Source: Zygnema circumcarinatum SAG 698-1b
Taxonomy: Eukaryota; Plantae; Zygnematophyceae
DNA length: 64,000 nucleotides
Direction of reading: 5' to 3'
NCBI GenBank assembly: GCA_037447605.1
Contig: CM074808.1
Location: 2,294,001 to 2,358,000 of the forward strand
In this document: positions 63,010 through 64,000 of the stretch, piece by piece
Position numbering within the stretch: position 1 is the first letter of the stretch
Layout: each line of letters starts with the position of its first letter
Translations under genes and position numbers: made by a program
The notes under the pieces: generated by a model
Seen by the model: the letters and a program-made list of their open reading frames with translations, nothing else
The model's database searches: none
What the model was told of the DNA's origin: nothing

Positions 63010-63678
63010 CTATCACCAGAAACTTATCACCACCCAAAACGGTGGTTTTCGGTCTCCGCGAAAGGAAATGGTAATGAAACGGGCGTCACCATGACGTCCA
63101 CACCCCGGCCTGACATCCCCCTCCCCGCCCGCCGCCACCTACCGCCTCCTCCTCCCCTGCGTGCCGCCCGCCATGGCCCGAGCGTCCCTCTTGCTCCCGC
63201 GTGCCAGCCGCTAGCGCTCCTCCAAAACCGACCGGCGCGGTATCCCACCTCTCTCCCGCTTTCCCTCTCTTTCCCAACCCTCCCATTTTTTCGTAGTTTT
63301 GTTCTTCCCATCCTTACCTTATCCTTATTTTCTCATACTTTGTTGGAAAGAACTCTTCTGCAATACACGAATGAGGATGTTGCGTGGCCTTGCCTCACCT
63401 TGGTGTCCTTTCCTTCTCGGTGTGCTTCGCTGCCTCTGCTGCCCTTTGCCATGAAGAATGCATCGCTCTCGTCTGTCTTGGTTTGCGAAAGGCGGGACAT
63501 TCTCTTGTTTGAGCCAATTTTAGAGCAGTTAATTACTCACCGTCACATTGTGTCCTGACTATTGCTCCAGATGAGGAGATGCCACCTCACCTCACCTCTG
63601 CAGCAACCTGTTGTACCTCATGCCATTGCTTTTCCGACAACTGTTTTCACATCTGGAGTTCATACACATGAACTCCAG

Positions 63679-63762
63679 ATGTTAGAGAAAGAGAACGTGG
63701 ACCCATCGACGTTGCTTGCTTTCACGCAAGCCACAACAAAAATTGTCCCCATTCAAAATGAG
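63679..63762 (+). CDS. Possible first coding exon of a gene continuing beyond the window (MLEKENVDPSTLLAFTQATTKIVPIQNE)
   Basis: ATG-initiated 28-codon segment ending at a GAG|GTAACA donor, downstream of a GC-rich promoter-like region divergent from SPO11-1. No homology recognised. Confidence 0.3.
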
Positions 63763-63868
63763 GTAACACTTTTCTCCCTCTTCTCTCTTTCTGTCTTTCC
63801 CTCCCGGAGTTCTCTCCTGCAATATCCACTCTCTAACTTCTTCACCACTCTACCTCTCTCCTTTCTTT

Positions 63869-64000
63869 CCCTCTCCCTCTCCCTCTCCCTCTCCCTCTCC
63901 CTCTCCCTCTCCCTCTCCCTCTCCCTCTCCCTCTCCCTCTCCCTCTCCCTCTCCCTCTCCTCTCCCTGCTCCCTCTCCCTTTCTCCCTCTCTCCCTCTCC
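63869..64000. repeat. (CTCCCT)n hexanucleotide microsatellite
   Basis: Seen directly, running to the window end. Confidence 0.95.

Overview
Eukaryotic, intron-rich nuclear DNA of the green-plant lineage. The evidence is GT-AG spliced genes, TTTAGGG-type telomere-like repeats and plant-type TNO1, BIC and SPO11-1 homologues. A streptophyte alga is my best inference; the organism cannot be fixed from sequence alone. Genes reconstructed by hand, in order: an uncharacterised coiled-coil gene running off the left end (-), a type-II DnaJ (-), a 15-exon gene (-), a giant TNO1-like coiled-coil tether (+), a purple acid phosphatase (-), an intronless SCP1/CTDSP-like phosphatase (+), cytosolic HSP90 (+), an uncharacterised multi-exon gene (+), a BIC-like cryptochrome inhibitor (+) and SPO11-1 (-). 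The main finding is the 15-exon gene. It splices a complete bacterial-type cobyrinate a,c-diamide synthase (CbiA/CobB), in frame through a ~350-aa low-complexity linker, to a BtuF/TroA-like corrinoid-binding domain, giving ~1178 aa with no signal peptide. Eukaryotes are not known to make B12 de novo, so this suggests an intron-domesticated corrinoid capture/salvage or sensing module. The junction intron hides an in-frame stop exactly at the normal CobB C-terminus. Other notable items: a ~880-bp degenerate interstitial telomere array inside intron 10 of that gene, a ~1.7-kb element with ~190-bp terminal inverted repeats carrying a nested TA-flanked MITE, and a cluster of eight ACGT-core (G-box-type) elements upstream of the BIC gene. 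Exon coordinates come from manual splice-site reading and frame arithmetic; family assignments come from motif recognition, not database searches.
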